From Eledone cirrhosa (lineage: Eukaryota): a DNA stretch of 64,000 bases. Of the stretch, positions 1 to 17,910 are shown piece by piece (position 1 is the first letter of the stretch; each line of letters starts with the position of its first letter). The notes under the pieces were generated by a model. That model was not told the origin of the DNA, did not search any database, and was given only the letters and a program-made list of their open reading frames with translations. Location: NCBI GenBank assembly GCA_964016885.1, contig OZ024760.1, forward strand, positions 19,034,001 through 19,098,000, written 5' to 3'. Made by a program: the position numbers and the translations under genes.

Positions 1-330
1 GGTGTGGATGGTGTTGGTGGTGTTGATGGTGGTGTTGTGTGGATGGTGTTGGTGGTGTTGATGGTGGTGTTGTGTTGGTGGTGTGGGTGTTGATGGTGGT
101 GTTGTGTTGGTGGTATTGGCTGTGTTGTTTGTTGTGTTGTTTGTGTTGTTTGTGTTGGTGGTGTTGGTGTTGTTGTTGGTGTAGGCGTCAGGTCATGTTC
201 TTGGTGGTGGTATTGATGGTGGTATTTATGCTGGTGTAGGTGATAGGTCGTGTTGATGGTGTAGGTGATAGATTATGTTGGTAGTGGGTGTGTTGGTGGT
301 GTTGGTGTTGTTGTTGCTTATGGTGGTGGG
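1..330. repeat. (GGT/TGT)n low-complexity compound repeat
   Basis: Degenerate GGTGTT/GGTGGT runs, similar in composition to the reverse complement of the 6.9-10.4 kb CAC satellite. Confidence 0.85.
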
Positions 331-587
331 TTTAAACTAAGTTAAAAACAACAACAACTCAACCCACAAGGCTAACCTTAACAACAAGAAGACACTGAAG
401 TCGTTGATAGGAAATAAATTGACATTTTAAAAGGGAAACATCGGAATACTTAATAGTGAAATAATTCCATGGAAACAAAGATGTTTTGGAATTCCTTAAT
501 TTAATCTATCGCGACAATATCCTCATTCTTATTATACGCAGAGGAATACATTTCCAAGATTAAGCTGCCATGATCGTCATCTTTATT

Positions 588-822
588 ACCAGCAACAGAA
601 GCAGCAACGACAGCAGTAGCAACAGCAGCAGAAGCAACAATAACAACAGCAATAGGAGCAGAAGCAACAGTAACAACAGCAGAAGCAACAACAGCAACAG
701 CACCAACACTTCAGCAGAAGCAACAACAGCAACAACAACAGCAGCAACAACAACAACAATAACAACAGCAATATCATCATCAGCAACAACAGCAGCAACA
801 ACAATAACAGCAACAGCACTAC
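588..822. repeat. (CAA/CAG)n trinucleotide low-complexity tract
   Basis: Direct reading; it explains the poly-L/S/N ORFs here. Confidence 0.85.
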
Positions 823-1263
823 TCGATAATATCTTTTCTTTGTGTTTGTATAAGGTGATAAATTTTGACAAAGTGTGAAATATATTCGCTGCGATGTCTA
901 TGACAATTTATGACCAAATGTCGTAGAAACGACTTTGGTTTCGACAGACAGCGACTGTTTTAAGGCAGCTCATTGAAATTAAGATGTAGGTGGCTGAGCA
1001 TTCCTCAGACGCATGTACACCGTATAAGAATTGTATTGGAATAATTGATAAATATATATATTAATTTATACAACCTTCGATATATATATATGTGTGTGTC
1101 TTATGGTAGCTAAGATGCTTCCATAGGCGGTATGCCGGTTGAGCACTCTATGCTCTTACAGAGCAGAGTATGATAGAATAGAAGACGAAAAAGAGAGAAT
1201 ATGCTCCGAAATCATTAGACGTGTCCGTCGAACCTGCGGGTCCAGAATCAGACAGACCCACAC

Positions 1264-2683
1264 AGTGACTGGAGCAAGGCAACTCTCCTACCCTTCTTCA
1301 AAAAGGGTGACAGGAAACTGTGTTCCAACTACAGGGGTATCAGTTTAATTGACGTTGCTGCCAAGAATTTCGCAATTCTTCTGCTGAAGAGGTTCCAGGC
1401 CATCCGTGATATCCGTACCCGTCCTTCTCAGGGCGGCTTCCGCCCGGGGAGGGCGTGCGTTGATCAAATCTTCATTCTCCGGCGTGTCCTGGAACAACGG
1501 TGGGCACGTCAACAGCCTATCGCCCTCTGCTTCATCGACTTTGCAGCTGCCTTCGACTTGGTAGATCGGGAAGCCCTATGGCTTATAATGCAGAAGGACG
1601 GCATCCCAGTGAAGTTGCTTCATCTCATACAAGGCTATTACCGGTCGACTCGGGCTCGAGTGAGGGTTTATGGTGGGGAGACGGAGTCGTTCGATGTTGG
1701 GACCAGTGTTCGGCAGGGCTGTGCTCTATCGCCAATTCTCTTTAACTACGCCATTGACTACACTCTCAACACAGCGCTCCAGGATTACCCGGGCGTAGAG
1801 GTCGGAAGAGGGGTCGTGGTGACGGACCTGGCCTACGCGGATGACATCGTGCTGATGGGCGTTAACGGGACAGATGTACAAGGTGCTCTCGAAAGGGTGC
1901 ACACTGCAGCTGCCGCCAAGTCGAAGGTCATGACGTCACTGGTCTCGCCTGATGCCTGGCAGCCAATATCTCTCGAGGGTGTGGACTTGGAGGAAGTGGA
2001 GTCCTTCGTTTACCTGGTCTCAACAGTGGTTCCAACGGGACAGGGCGCAGCCGAGGTCAAGCGTCGCATAGGTGCTGCCAGATCCGCTTTTGGGCGCCTC
2101 CAGCGGTGTCTGTGGGACAGAAGAGAGATCACCTCGGCGACCAAAGGGCTAATCTACAAGGCCGTCGTTCGCACTATCCTCCTCTATGGCTGTGAAACAT
2201 GGCCTATGAGGGTAGTCGATCAACAGGGGCTGGAGGTCTTCGACAATGACTGTCTCCGCCGCATTCTTCGCTAGCGACGCGTTGATCGGGTACCTACCAC
2301 CAGTCTTCGTCTTCGCTTGAATCTTCGATCCCTTCCTTCAGTGCTTCTGCAACGGTGCTTGAGATGGTTTGGTCACGCAGCCCGGTGCCCTGAGGGTGAA
2401 CTGATCCGCGATGTTCTCCTCCCACCGCCACTCCCTAACTGGCGCAAGCGCGTTCGCGGGCAGCTGAAGACCTGGGCAACGACGATCAAGGAGGACCTCC
2501 CCGAACTCTCAGGTCCGCAGGTGGTCGGCCTGCGCCGATGGAACCGTGATTGGCTCGCTGTCTCCAGTGACCTAGCCCGGGACCGTCTTGCGTGGGCTGC
2601 CATGGTTCGAGATACCGTCAGGACAAGGGAAGAAGCCGGCTCAACCCGTCCAGGGTGAATGTCGACACAAGTACAAGTACACA
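1264..2683 (+). mobile_element. 5'-truncated RTE-clade non-LTR retrotransposon (RT domain to 3' end), pseudogenised
   Basis: Frame 1 from ~1264 reads DWSKATLLPFFKKGDRKLCSNYRGISL, GGFRPGRACVDQIF, FIDFAAAFDLVDR, VRQGCALSPILFN, LAYADDI, LLYGCETW, LRWFGHAAR. One in-frame TAG at 2272-2274, stop at 2658, then a very short 3' UTR ending in CAAGTA repeats as in RTE elements. Confidence 0.93.
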
Positions 2684-3439
2684 ATGATCGCGTCTCGAGC
2701 TGTCCGCCGGGGAAACAATTGTAACACACAATAAATTGAGTTCAGATGCATCACTGATTTTTCGTTTTCTATTCTATATATATATATATATATGTGTATA
2801 TATATATATATACATACATGCATGCATTTTAATCTTTAGAGCATTTGGAGCAATATTCCAACCTTTGACCTCGTCAGGTAGACAACACTGATGTCTCTGT
2901 TGGTTGCTGAGATAGAAACAATTGCATTTTCATACAGGTGAACACTAATGTGGAGAGGAAGACGTAAAAGAATTAACAGATTAAAAAATATCACTGTGCT
3001 TAATTAAACATTTATTGTTTTGTTACCGCACATCTGAATTTTACAGCAATAACAGCTTAAAATGCACTTAAAATTTTAAGATTAATGCATTGAATTTTAC
3101 GCACTGCAGTTTTTCACAATAATGGCTTTCACTCACGCAAAATCACTGCAAAATTATTAAATGTTACCGGGAAAAATAAACGAGACTTTAAATTATGATT
3201 AAGCACTTGCCATTACTTAGACGAAGTTATAATAGAAACATTTTATACGCCGCAAAAGCGAACAAAATACATGACGTGATAAATATGGACGCTTGATTAG
3301 TAATTATCTGTTTTTGACAGACGTCCTGGACCGCACGGGACCACATTACAAAAGTGATGGAACCTGCTTGAAATGTACATAACAGCACTATGACAGCAAC
3401 CACTATATAGTGTATAGTCGTCGATTTCTTCTTCTTCTT

Positions 3440-4022
3440 CAGTGTATTACTGGTACTTTATTTATTACTGATACTATAGTTAATCTCGGTGGGATTTGAA
3501 CTCAGATCATAAAGGGCCGTAACTCTATGCTGCGAAGTATGGTGCCCGACACTCTACTGATACTGCTAATTCGCAGTGCTATTAAATAATGGTTTTTTAC
3601 TTTTGGCACAAGGCCAGCAATTACCCCAGTGCATTACTGGTACTTTATTTTATCAACCCGGTAAGGATGAAAGGCAAAGTTAACCTCGGCAGGATTTGAA
3701 CTCAGACCGCAAAGGAACGTAACTCTACGCTGCAAAGCATGGCGTCCGATTCGCTACTGATACTGCCAAACCACCGCCCTACACTTACCACAATAACGCT
3801 TATAAGTATGATACAATGCATTTAAATTAATAAATGTTTCTACTTTAGGCACAAGGCCAGCAACTTCTCAGTACATTACTGGTACTTTATTTTATCGACC
3901 CCGTAAGGATGAAGCGCAAAGTTAACCTCGGCGGGATTTGAACTCAGACTGTAAAGGGACGTAACTATGCTAGAAAGCTTGGCGTCCAACCCTCTACCGA
4001 TACTGCCAATTCACCACCCTAT
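3440..4022 (-). mobile_element. Three tandem copies of a tRNA-derived SINE
   Basis: Repeated GGATTTGAACTC (reverse B box) with CTGGTACTTTATTT... body; the same family recurs more than 10 times in the window. Confidence 0.85.
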
Positions 4023-4428
4023 TAAATTAATAAATTACATGATAATATATTCATAGATTATTACAAGAACTTGAAGACGGAAACAGCATGATGGAAACAG
4101 CAATATTTGAAAGGCACAATAGAAGTGAATGAAATATCATTACAGTAGCGCTGATTGGTTGTATATTGAATCTATCATCTCATAACAGAATATAGAACAA
4201 CTATATATTGATAAAACAATCACATTGGACTGAAAGTGATCAGAGATATTATTGTTTATCGGAATGAATATAATAGCTTAGAATTAGAATCTGTCGAAGA
4301 ACAGAGTTCTAGCTACATGATGTTGAGGAAAAGCAATTAAAGAAAATTAGCTGACCCTGTTAAAATTCCACAACTTTACGATTGAAAAATACCAGAGAAC
4401 AATATGACGTGGTAAATAATATATAACT

Positions 4429-4626
4429 AAGGAAGTGTGGTAAGGAACCAAATGGACCATAACGCACCAGAATACTCAATACTTAGGGTAGTAGAGTGGG
4501 TAATAGGAAAATGTTCAAGACCCCCGACGGTAGAGACCAAGCCGTTTCGACAGCTATTTCTGGACATCCAGAAATAGCCATCGAAACGGCTTGAGCTCTG
4601 CCGTCGGGGTTTTGAACAATTTCCTA
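4429..4626. mobile_element. Palindrome-plus-tail element (family D) next to (TA)n
   Basis: Imperfect inverted repeat 4504-4626 centred near 4565, with a one-sided 5' tail; homologous to 62958-63185 and 42895-42980. Confidence 0.75.
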
Positions 4627-5640
<1,014 letters not shown>

Positions 5641-5644
5641 AGGT

Positions 5645-5808
5645 AAGGACTTCCAAATACAGGAAGAGTAAGACCAAGGTTAACATATGTTGATGCCCTA
5701 AGGACAGACACTGGTCTGTTGGAGATGCAGGACATGGCAGCGATGGTGAGGGACAGAGACCGCTGGAGAGAACTCGTCTATGGATCTCGGGAATTTTACC
5801 CGCCCTAG
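5645..5808 (+). mobile_element. 3' terminal fragment of an RTE-like LINE inside (TA)n
   Basis: Encodes [36 protein letters not shown]; nearly identical to 32490-32631. Confidence 0.8.
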
Positions 5809-5811
5809 AAA

Positions 5812-6757
<946 letters not shown>

Positions 6758-6760
<3 letters not shown>

Positions 6761-6841
6761 CGTTTCTGAATTTGTTGGCAACATGACCCTCCCAAAGTAT
6801 AACAATATATATATATTGGCAACATGACCCTCCCAAAGTAT

Positions 6842-6850
<9 letters not shown>
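6758..6850. mobile_element. Remnant of palindromic family A (tail plus duplicated terminus)
   Basis: TTTCGTTTCTGAATTTGTT followed by TTGGCAACATGACCCTCCCAAAGTATAACAATAT twice, matching the ends of 17170-17752 and 55848-56270. Confidence 0.75.
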
Positions 6851-6881
<31 letters not shown>

Positions 6882-6884
<3 letters not shown>

Positions 6885-9800
6885 ACCAACAACAATACCT
6901 CCAGAAACACCACCACCACCACCACCTAAACTACCAACAGCTCCACCAATATCATCAACAGCATCAACACCACCACCACCACCAACAACACACCACCACC
7001 ACCACCACCACCACCAAAACTACCACCACCACCACCACCACCACCACCAAGACTACCACCACCACCAACAGCACCACCAATATCATCAACAGCATCAACA
7101 CCACCACCACCAACAACAACACAGCACCACCAATATCATCAACAGCATCAACACCACCACCACCAACAACAACACACCACCACCACCACCACCAAAACTA
7201 CCAACACCACCACCACCAACAGCACCACCAATATCATCAACAGCATCAACACCACCACCACCACCAACACCACACCACCACCACCACCACCACCAACACT
7301 ACCAACACCACCACCACCCAACAGCACCACCAATATCATCAACAGCATCAACACCGCCACCACCACCAACACCACACCACCACCACCACCACCAACAACA
7401 CACCACCACCACCAACACCACCACCAATATCATCAACAGCATCAACACCATCACCATCACCACCACCAACACCAGACCACCACCACCACCACCACCAAAA
7501 CTACCACCACCACCACCACCAACAGCACCACACCACCAAGACTACCACCACCACCACCACCACCACCAACAGCACCACCAATATCATCAACAGCATCAAC
7601 ACCACCACCACCACCAACACCACACCACCACCACTACCACCACCACCAAAACTACCAACACCACCACCACCAACAGCACCACCAATATCATCAACAGCAT
7701 CAACACCACCACCACCACCAACAACACACCACCACCACCACCACCACCAAAACTACCAACACCACCACCACCAACAGAACCACCAATATCATCAACAGCA
7801 TCAACACCACCACCACCAACAACAACACCACACCACCACCACCACCACCAAAACTACCAACACCACCACCACCAACAGAACCACCAATATCATCAACAGC
7901 ATCAACACCACCACCACCAACAACAACACCACACCACCACCACCACCACCACCAAAACTACCAACACCACCACCACCATCAGAACCACCAATATCATCAA
8001 CAGCATCAACACCACCACCACCAACAACGACACCACACCACCACCGCCACCACCACCAAAACTACCAACACCACCACCACCACCACCAAAACTACCAACA
8101 ACACACCACCAACAGCACCACCAATATCATCAACAGCATCAACACCACCACCACCACCAACAACACCACACCACCAAAACTACCACCACCACCAACAACA
8201 ACACAGCACCACCAATATCATCAACAGCATCAACACCACCACCACCAACAACAACACACCACCACCACCACCACCAAAACTACCAACACCACCACCACCA
8301 ACAGCACCACCAATATCATCAACAGCATCAACACCACCACCACCACCAACACCACACCACCACCACCACCACCACCAACACTACCAACACCACCACCACC
8401 CAACAGCACCACCAATATCATCAACAGCATCAACACCGCCACCACCACCAACACCACACCACCACCACCACCACCAACAACACACCACCACCACCAACAC
8501 CACCACCAATATCATCAACAGCATCAACACCATCACCACCACCAACACCAGACCACCACCACCACCACCACCAAAACTACCACCACCACCACCACCAACA
8601 GCACCACACCACCAAGACTACCACCACCACCACCACCACCACCAACAGCACCACCAATATCATCAACAGCATCAACACCACCACCACCACCAACACCACA
8701 CCACCACCACTACCACCACCACCAAAACTACCAACACCACCACCACCAACAGCACCACCAATATCATCAACAGCATCAACACCACCACCACCACCAACAA
8801 CACACCACCACCACCACCACCACCAAAACTACCAACACCACCACCACCAACAGAACCACCAATATCATCAACAGCATCAACACCACCACCACCAACAACA
8901 ACACCACACCACCACCACCACCACCAAAACTACCAACACCACCACCACCAACAGAACCACCAATATCATCAACAGCATCAACACCACCACCACCAACAAC
9001 AACACCACACCACCACCACCACCAAAACTACCAACACCACCACCACCATCAGAACCACCAATATCATCAACAGCATCAACACCACCACCACCAACAACGA
9101 CACCACACCACCACCGCCACCACCACCAAAACTACCAACACCACCATCACCACCACCAAAACTACCAACAACACACCACCAACAGCACCACCAATATCAT
9201 CAACAGCATCAACACCACCACCACCACCAACAACACCACACCACCAAAACTACCACCACCACCAACAGCACCACCAATATCACCAACAGCATCAACATCA
9301 TCACCACCACCAACACCACACCACACCACCACCACCAAAACTACCAACAACACCACCACCAACAACAACAGCAATATCATCAACAGCATCAACACCATCA
9401 CCACCACCAACACCACACCACCACCACCACCACCACCACCACCACCAACACCACACCACACCACCACCAAAACTACCAACACCACCACCAATATCATCAA
9501 CAGCATCAACACCACCACCACCACCAACACCACACCACCACCACCACCACCACCACCAAAACTACCAACACCACCACCACCAACAGCACCACCAATATCA
9601 TCAACAGCATCAACACCACCACCACCACCAACAACACACCACCACCACCACCACCACCACCAAAACTACCAACACCACCACCACCAACAGAACCACCAAT
9701 ATCATCAACAGCATCAACACCACCACCACCAACAACAACACCACACCACCACCACCACCACCACCAAAACTACCAACACCACCACCACCAACAGAACCAC

Positions 9801-10420
9801 CAATATCATCAACAGCATCAACACCACCACCACCAACAACAACACCACACCACCACCACCACCACCACCAAAACTACCAACACCACCACCACCATCAGAA
9901 CCACCAATATCATCAACAGCATCAACACCACCACCACCAACAACAACACCACACCACCACCACCACCACCACCAAAACTACCAACACCACCACCACCACC
10001 ACCAAAACTACCAACAACACACCACCAACAGCACCACCAATATCATCAACAGCATCAACACCACCACCACCACCAACAACACCACACCACCAAAACTACC
10101 ACCACCACCAACAGCACCACCAATATCACCAACAGCATCAACATCATCACCACCACCAACACCACACCACCACCACCAAAACTACCAACAACACCACCAC
10201 CAACAACAACAGCAATATCATCAACAGCATCAACACCATCACCACCACCAACACCACACCACCACCACCACCACCACCACCAACACCACACCACACCACC
10301 ACCAAAACTACCAACACCACCACCACCAACAGCACCACCAATATCATCAACACCATCACCACCACCAACACCACACCACACCACCACCAAAACTACCAAC
10401 ACCACCACCAACAACAACAT
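6882..10420. repeat. CAC-rich compound minisatellite with anchor CACCAATATCATCAACAGCATCAACA
   Basis: The anchor recurs every ~50-130 bp; identical 75-aa antisense ORFs at 7148 and 8230 show a ~1082-bp higher-order duplication. Confidence 0.9.
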
Positions 10421-10699
10421 ATATTTCAGAAATATCTGGTGTTGTGAGTAAGCTACCTAATCAAGCGACACTGTACTTAACGTAAAGTAGTTAGATGTTT
10501 GTCTCTGTAGACGGTGGAAGGAAGTCTTGTTACTAAGGAGGAATGGTAAATTGGGTGTTGTAAGAAGATAAGAAGCGCTGTGTCACTAAAAGCAAGACAG
10601 ACTTTTAAACGGATCAAACAAATTCAGATGTTAAGGATTCTTCAAATAAAGCAGACCATTTTCTTTGTACACGCACCAACACTAAGCACGTACACACGT

Positions 10700-10713
10700 A
10701 TAATATATATATG

Positions 10714-10744
<31 letters not shown>

Positions 10745-10935
10745 GTATGTATATATATATATATATGTATATATATGTATGTGTATATATATGTATGTGT
10801 ATATATATGTGTATATATATATATATACATATATATATGTATATGTATATATATGTATATATCTATACATATATATATATGTATATATATATATATGTAT
10901 GTATATATGTATATATATATATGTGTAAATATATG

Positions 10936-10969
<34 letters not shown>

Positions 10970-11041
10970 TATATATATATATATACACATATATATATAT
11001 ATATACACATATATATATATATATATATACATATATATATG

Positions 11042-11072
<31 letters not shown>

Positions 11073-11103
11073 GTATATATATATATACATATATATATAT
11101 ATG

Positions 11104-11138
<35 letters not shown>

Positions 11139-11151
11139 ACATATATATATG

Positions 11152-11217
<66 letters not shown>

Positions 11218-11241
11218 TATATATATATACACATAAATATA

Positions 11242-11299
<58 letters not shown>

Positions 11300-11355
11300 T
11301 ATATATATACACATATATATATACACATATATATATATATATACACACATATATA
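10700..11355. repeat. (TA)n microsatellite with TG/CA interruptions
   Basis: Direct reading. Confidence 0.95.
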
Positions 11356-11555
11356 NNNNNNNNNNNNNNNNNNNNNNNNNNNNNNNNNNNNNNNNNNNNN
11401 NNNNNNNNNNNNNNNNNNNNNNNNNNNNNNNNNNNNNNNNNNNNNNNNNNNNNNNNNNNNNNNNNNNNNNNNNNNNNNNNNNNNNNNNNNNNNNNNNNNN
11501 NNNNNNNNNNNNNNNNNNNNNNNNNNNNNNNNNNNNNNNNNNNNNNNNNNNNNNN
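11356..11555. other. Assembly gap (200 N)
   Basis: Run of n. Confidence 1.
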
Positions 11556-13846
11556 TACTTCCCTTGCTTTTATCGAGAATCTAATTGTAATACGTGACGT
11601 ATTCTATTCTATAGCGATTAGGTCTTCAAAATGTTTATTATAAACATACAGAATATTTTCGAATATTCTATGTCTATATTCACATATATATCGCTATTTC
11701 AAAGCATTTATTCCAATTTCTAATTTCTGCCGGACCGGCAACCGCTCTTTCAAACCAGTTCCTGTACACATCTAAGTATTCTATAAGTCTCTAGCTGTGT
11801 CATTCTCGATAAAAGCACTGGATATGTAGTCCTGATGATTTCTAACAAGAATGAAACGCGTAGATTACTTCCCTTGCTTTTATCGAGAATCTAATTGTAA
11901 TACGTGACGTATTCTATTCTATAGCGATTAGGTCTTCAAAATGTTTATTATAAACATACAGAATATTTTCGAATATTCTATGTCTATATTCACATATATA
12001 TCGCTATTTCAGAGCATTTATTCCAATTTCTAATTTCTGCCGGACCGGCAACCGCTCTTTCAAACCAGTTCCTGTACACATCTAAGTATTCTATAAGTCT
12101 CTAGCTGTGTCATTCTCGATAAAAGCACTGGATATGTAGTCCTGATGATTTCTAACAAGAATGAAACGCGTAGATTACTTCCCTTGCTTTTATCGAGAAT
12201 CTAATTGTAATACGTGACGTATTCTATTCTATAGCGATTAGGTCTTCAAAATGTTTATTATAAACATACAGAATATTTTCGAATATTCTATGTCTATATT
12301 CACATATATATCGCTATTTCAAAGCATTTATTCCAATTTCTAATTTCTGCCGGACCGGCAACCGCTCTTTCAAACCAGTTCCTGTACACATCTAAGTATT
12401 CTATAAGTCTCTAGCTGTGTCATTCTCGATAAAAGCACTGGATATGTAGTCCTGATGATTTCTAACAAGAATGAAACGCGTAGATTACTTCCCTTGCTTT
12501 TATCGAGAATCTAATTGTAATACGTGACGTATTCTATTCTATAGCGATTAGGTCTTCAAAATGTTTATTATAAACATACAGAATATTTTCGAATATTCTA
12601 TGTCTATATTCACATATATATCGCTATTTCAGAGCATTTATTCCAATTTCTAATTTCTGCCGGACCGGCAACCGCTCTTTCAAACCAGTTCCTGTACACA
12701 TCTAAGTATTCTATAAGTCTCTAGCTGTGTCATTCTCGATAAAAGCACTGGATATGTAGTCCTGATGATTTCTAACAAGAATGAAACGCGTAGATTACTT
12801 CCCTTGCTTTTATCGAGAATCTAATTGTAATACGTGACGTATTCTATTCTATAGCGATTAGGTCTTCAAAATGTTTATTATAAACATACAGAATATTTTC
12901 GAATATTCTATGTCTATATTCACATATATATCGCTATTTCAGAGCATTTATTCCAATTTCTAATTTCTGCCGGACCGGCAACCGCTCTTTCAAACCAGTT
13001 CCTGTACACATCTAAGTATTCTATAAGTCTCTAGCTGTGTCATTCTCGATAAAAGCACTGGATATGTAGTCCTGATGATTTCTAACAAGAATGAAACGCG
13101 TAGATTACTTCCCTTGCTTTTATCGAGAATCTAATTGTAATACGTGACGTATTCTATTCTATAGCGATTAGGTCTTCAAAATGTTTATTATAAACATACA
13201 GAATATTTTCGAATATTCTATGTCTATATTCACATATATATCGCTATTTCAAAGCATTTATTCCAATTTCTAATTTCTGCCGGACCGGCAACCGCTCTTT
13301 CAAACCAGTTCCTGTACACATCTAAGTATTCTATAAGTCTCTAGCTGTGTCATTCTCGATAAAAGCACTGGATATGTAGTCCTGATGATTTCTAACAAGA
13401 ATGAAACGCGTAGATTACTTCCCTTGCTTTTATCGAGAATCTAATTGTAATACGTGACGTATTCTATTCTATAGCGATTAGGTCTTCAAAATGTTTATTA
13501 TAAACATACAGAATATTTTCGAATATTCTATGTCTATATTCACATATATATCGCTATTTCAGAGCATTTATTCCAATTTCTAATTTCTGCCGGACCGGCA
13601 ACCGCTCTTTCAAACCAGTTCCTGTACACATCTAAGTATTCTATAAGTCTCTAGCTGTGTCATTCTCGATAAAAGCACTGGATATGTAGTCCTGATGATT
13701 TCTAACAAGAATGAAACGCGTAGATTACTTCCCTTGCTTTTATCGAGAATCTAATTGTAATACGTGACGTATTCTATTCTATAGCGATTAGGTCTTCAAA
13801 ATGTTTATTATAAACATACAGAATATTTTCGAATATTCTATGTCTA
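11556..13846 (+). mobile_element. 310-bp tandem array with one hammerhead ribozyme per unit (non-LTR retrozyme-like)
   Basis: CCCTTGCTTT recurs at 11561, 11871, 12181, 12491, 12801, 13111, 13421 and 13731; each unit contains GTAGTC-CTGATGA-TTTCTAACAAGAAT-GAAA-CGCG-TA-GATTAC. Confidence 0.9.
11826..11868 (+). ncRNA. Minimal type I hammerhead ribozyme (first of 7; others at 12136, 12446, 12756, 13066, 13376, 13686)
   Basis: Stem I GTAGTC/GATTAC, core CUGAUGA and GAAA, short stem II TTC/GAA, palindromic stem III CGCG, cleavage triplet GUA (after 11862). Confidence 0.88.
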
Positions 13847-17168
<3,322 letters not shown>

Positions 17169-17382
17169 TCGTTTCTGAATTTGTTTAGCAAGATTCTTTA
17201 TCTGAAATCGTGTGTTGAAACCGATATTGTTATACCTTGGGAGGGTCATGTTGCCAATAAGAAACACACGCACCAGTTGCTTTCACTTCAATTTAATTTA
17301 ATATATATTTATAAATTTACAAATTTATAAATTTCTGGTTGGTTGGTTGGTTCCACAACCAGATAGTTGTTTATATATATAT

Positions 17383-17427
17383 AGTCATACTTCTTTCGTC
17401 ACACACTCTGTGACCTCTTCAGTGACT
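17383..17427 (-). ncRNA. Mirror-image hammerhead ribozyme (family A, left arm)
   Basis: Reverse complement reads AGTCA-CTGAAGA-GGTCACAGAGTGTGTGAC-GAAA-GAAG-TA-TGACT, with one change in stem III. Confidence 0.7.
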
Positions 17428-17548
17428 GGGGATTTCTTTCTTCGTTTCTGTGCCTTTCCTTTCTTCTATCCTACGCCATTTTGTTTGTCAAACAAAATGG
17501 CGTAGGATAGAAGAAAGGAAAGGCACAGAAACGAAGAAAGAAATCCCC

Positions 17549-17593
17549 AGTCACTGAAGAGGTCACAGAGTGTGTGACGAAAGAACTATGACT
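17549..17593 (+). ncRNA. Minimal type I hammerhead ribozyme (family A)
   Basis: AGTCA-CTGAAGA-G-GTCACA(GAGTG)TGTGAC-GAAA-GAAC-TA-TGACT. Confidence 0.8.
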
Positions 17594-17758
17594 ATATATA
17601 TATAAACAACTATCTGGTTGTGGAACCAACCAACCAACCAGAAATTTATAAATTTGTAAATTTATAAATATATATTAAATTAAATTGAAGTGAAAGCAAC
17701 TGGTGCGTGTGTTTCTTATTGGCAACATGACCCTCCCAAGGTATAACAATATATAAAT

Positions 17759-17807
<49 letters not shown>

Positions 17808-17810
17808 AAT

Positions 17811-17873
<63 letters not shown>

Positions 17874-17876
17874 AAT

Positions 17877-17909
<33 letters not shown>

Positions 17910-17910
17910 A

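Larger units (their letters stand above)
17170..17752. mobile_element. Family A: ~530-bp near-perfect palindrome plus ~54-bp one-sided tail, resembling an inverted Penelope pLTR
   Basis: Symmetry about 17488 from 17224 to 17752; extra tail 17170-17223; flanked by (TA)n; an HHR in each arm. Confidence 0.85.

Noticed and set aside
6824-10447. 1207-aa T/H/P-rich ORF as a mucin or extensin gene
   Set aside because: It starts in a repeat remnant and drifts among the three readings of one satellite
11556-13846. 5S rRNA, snRNA or ordinary satellite array
   Set aside because: No Pol III boxes or recognisable RNA gene; the hammerhead explains the unit better
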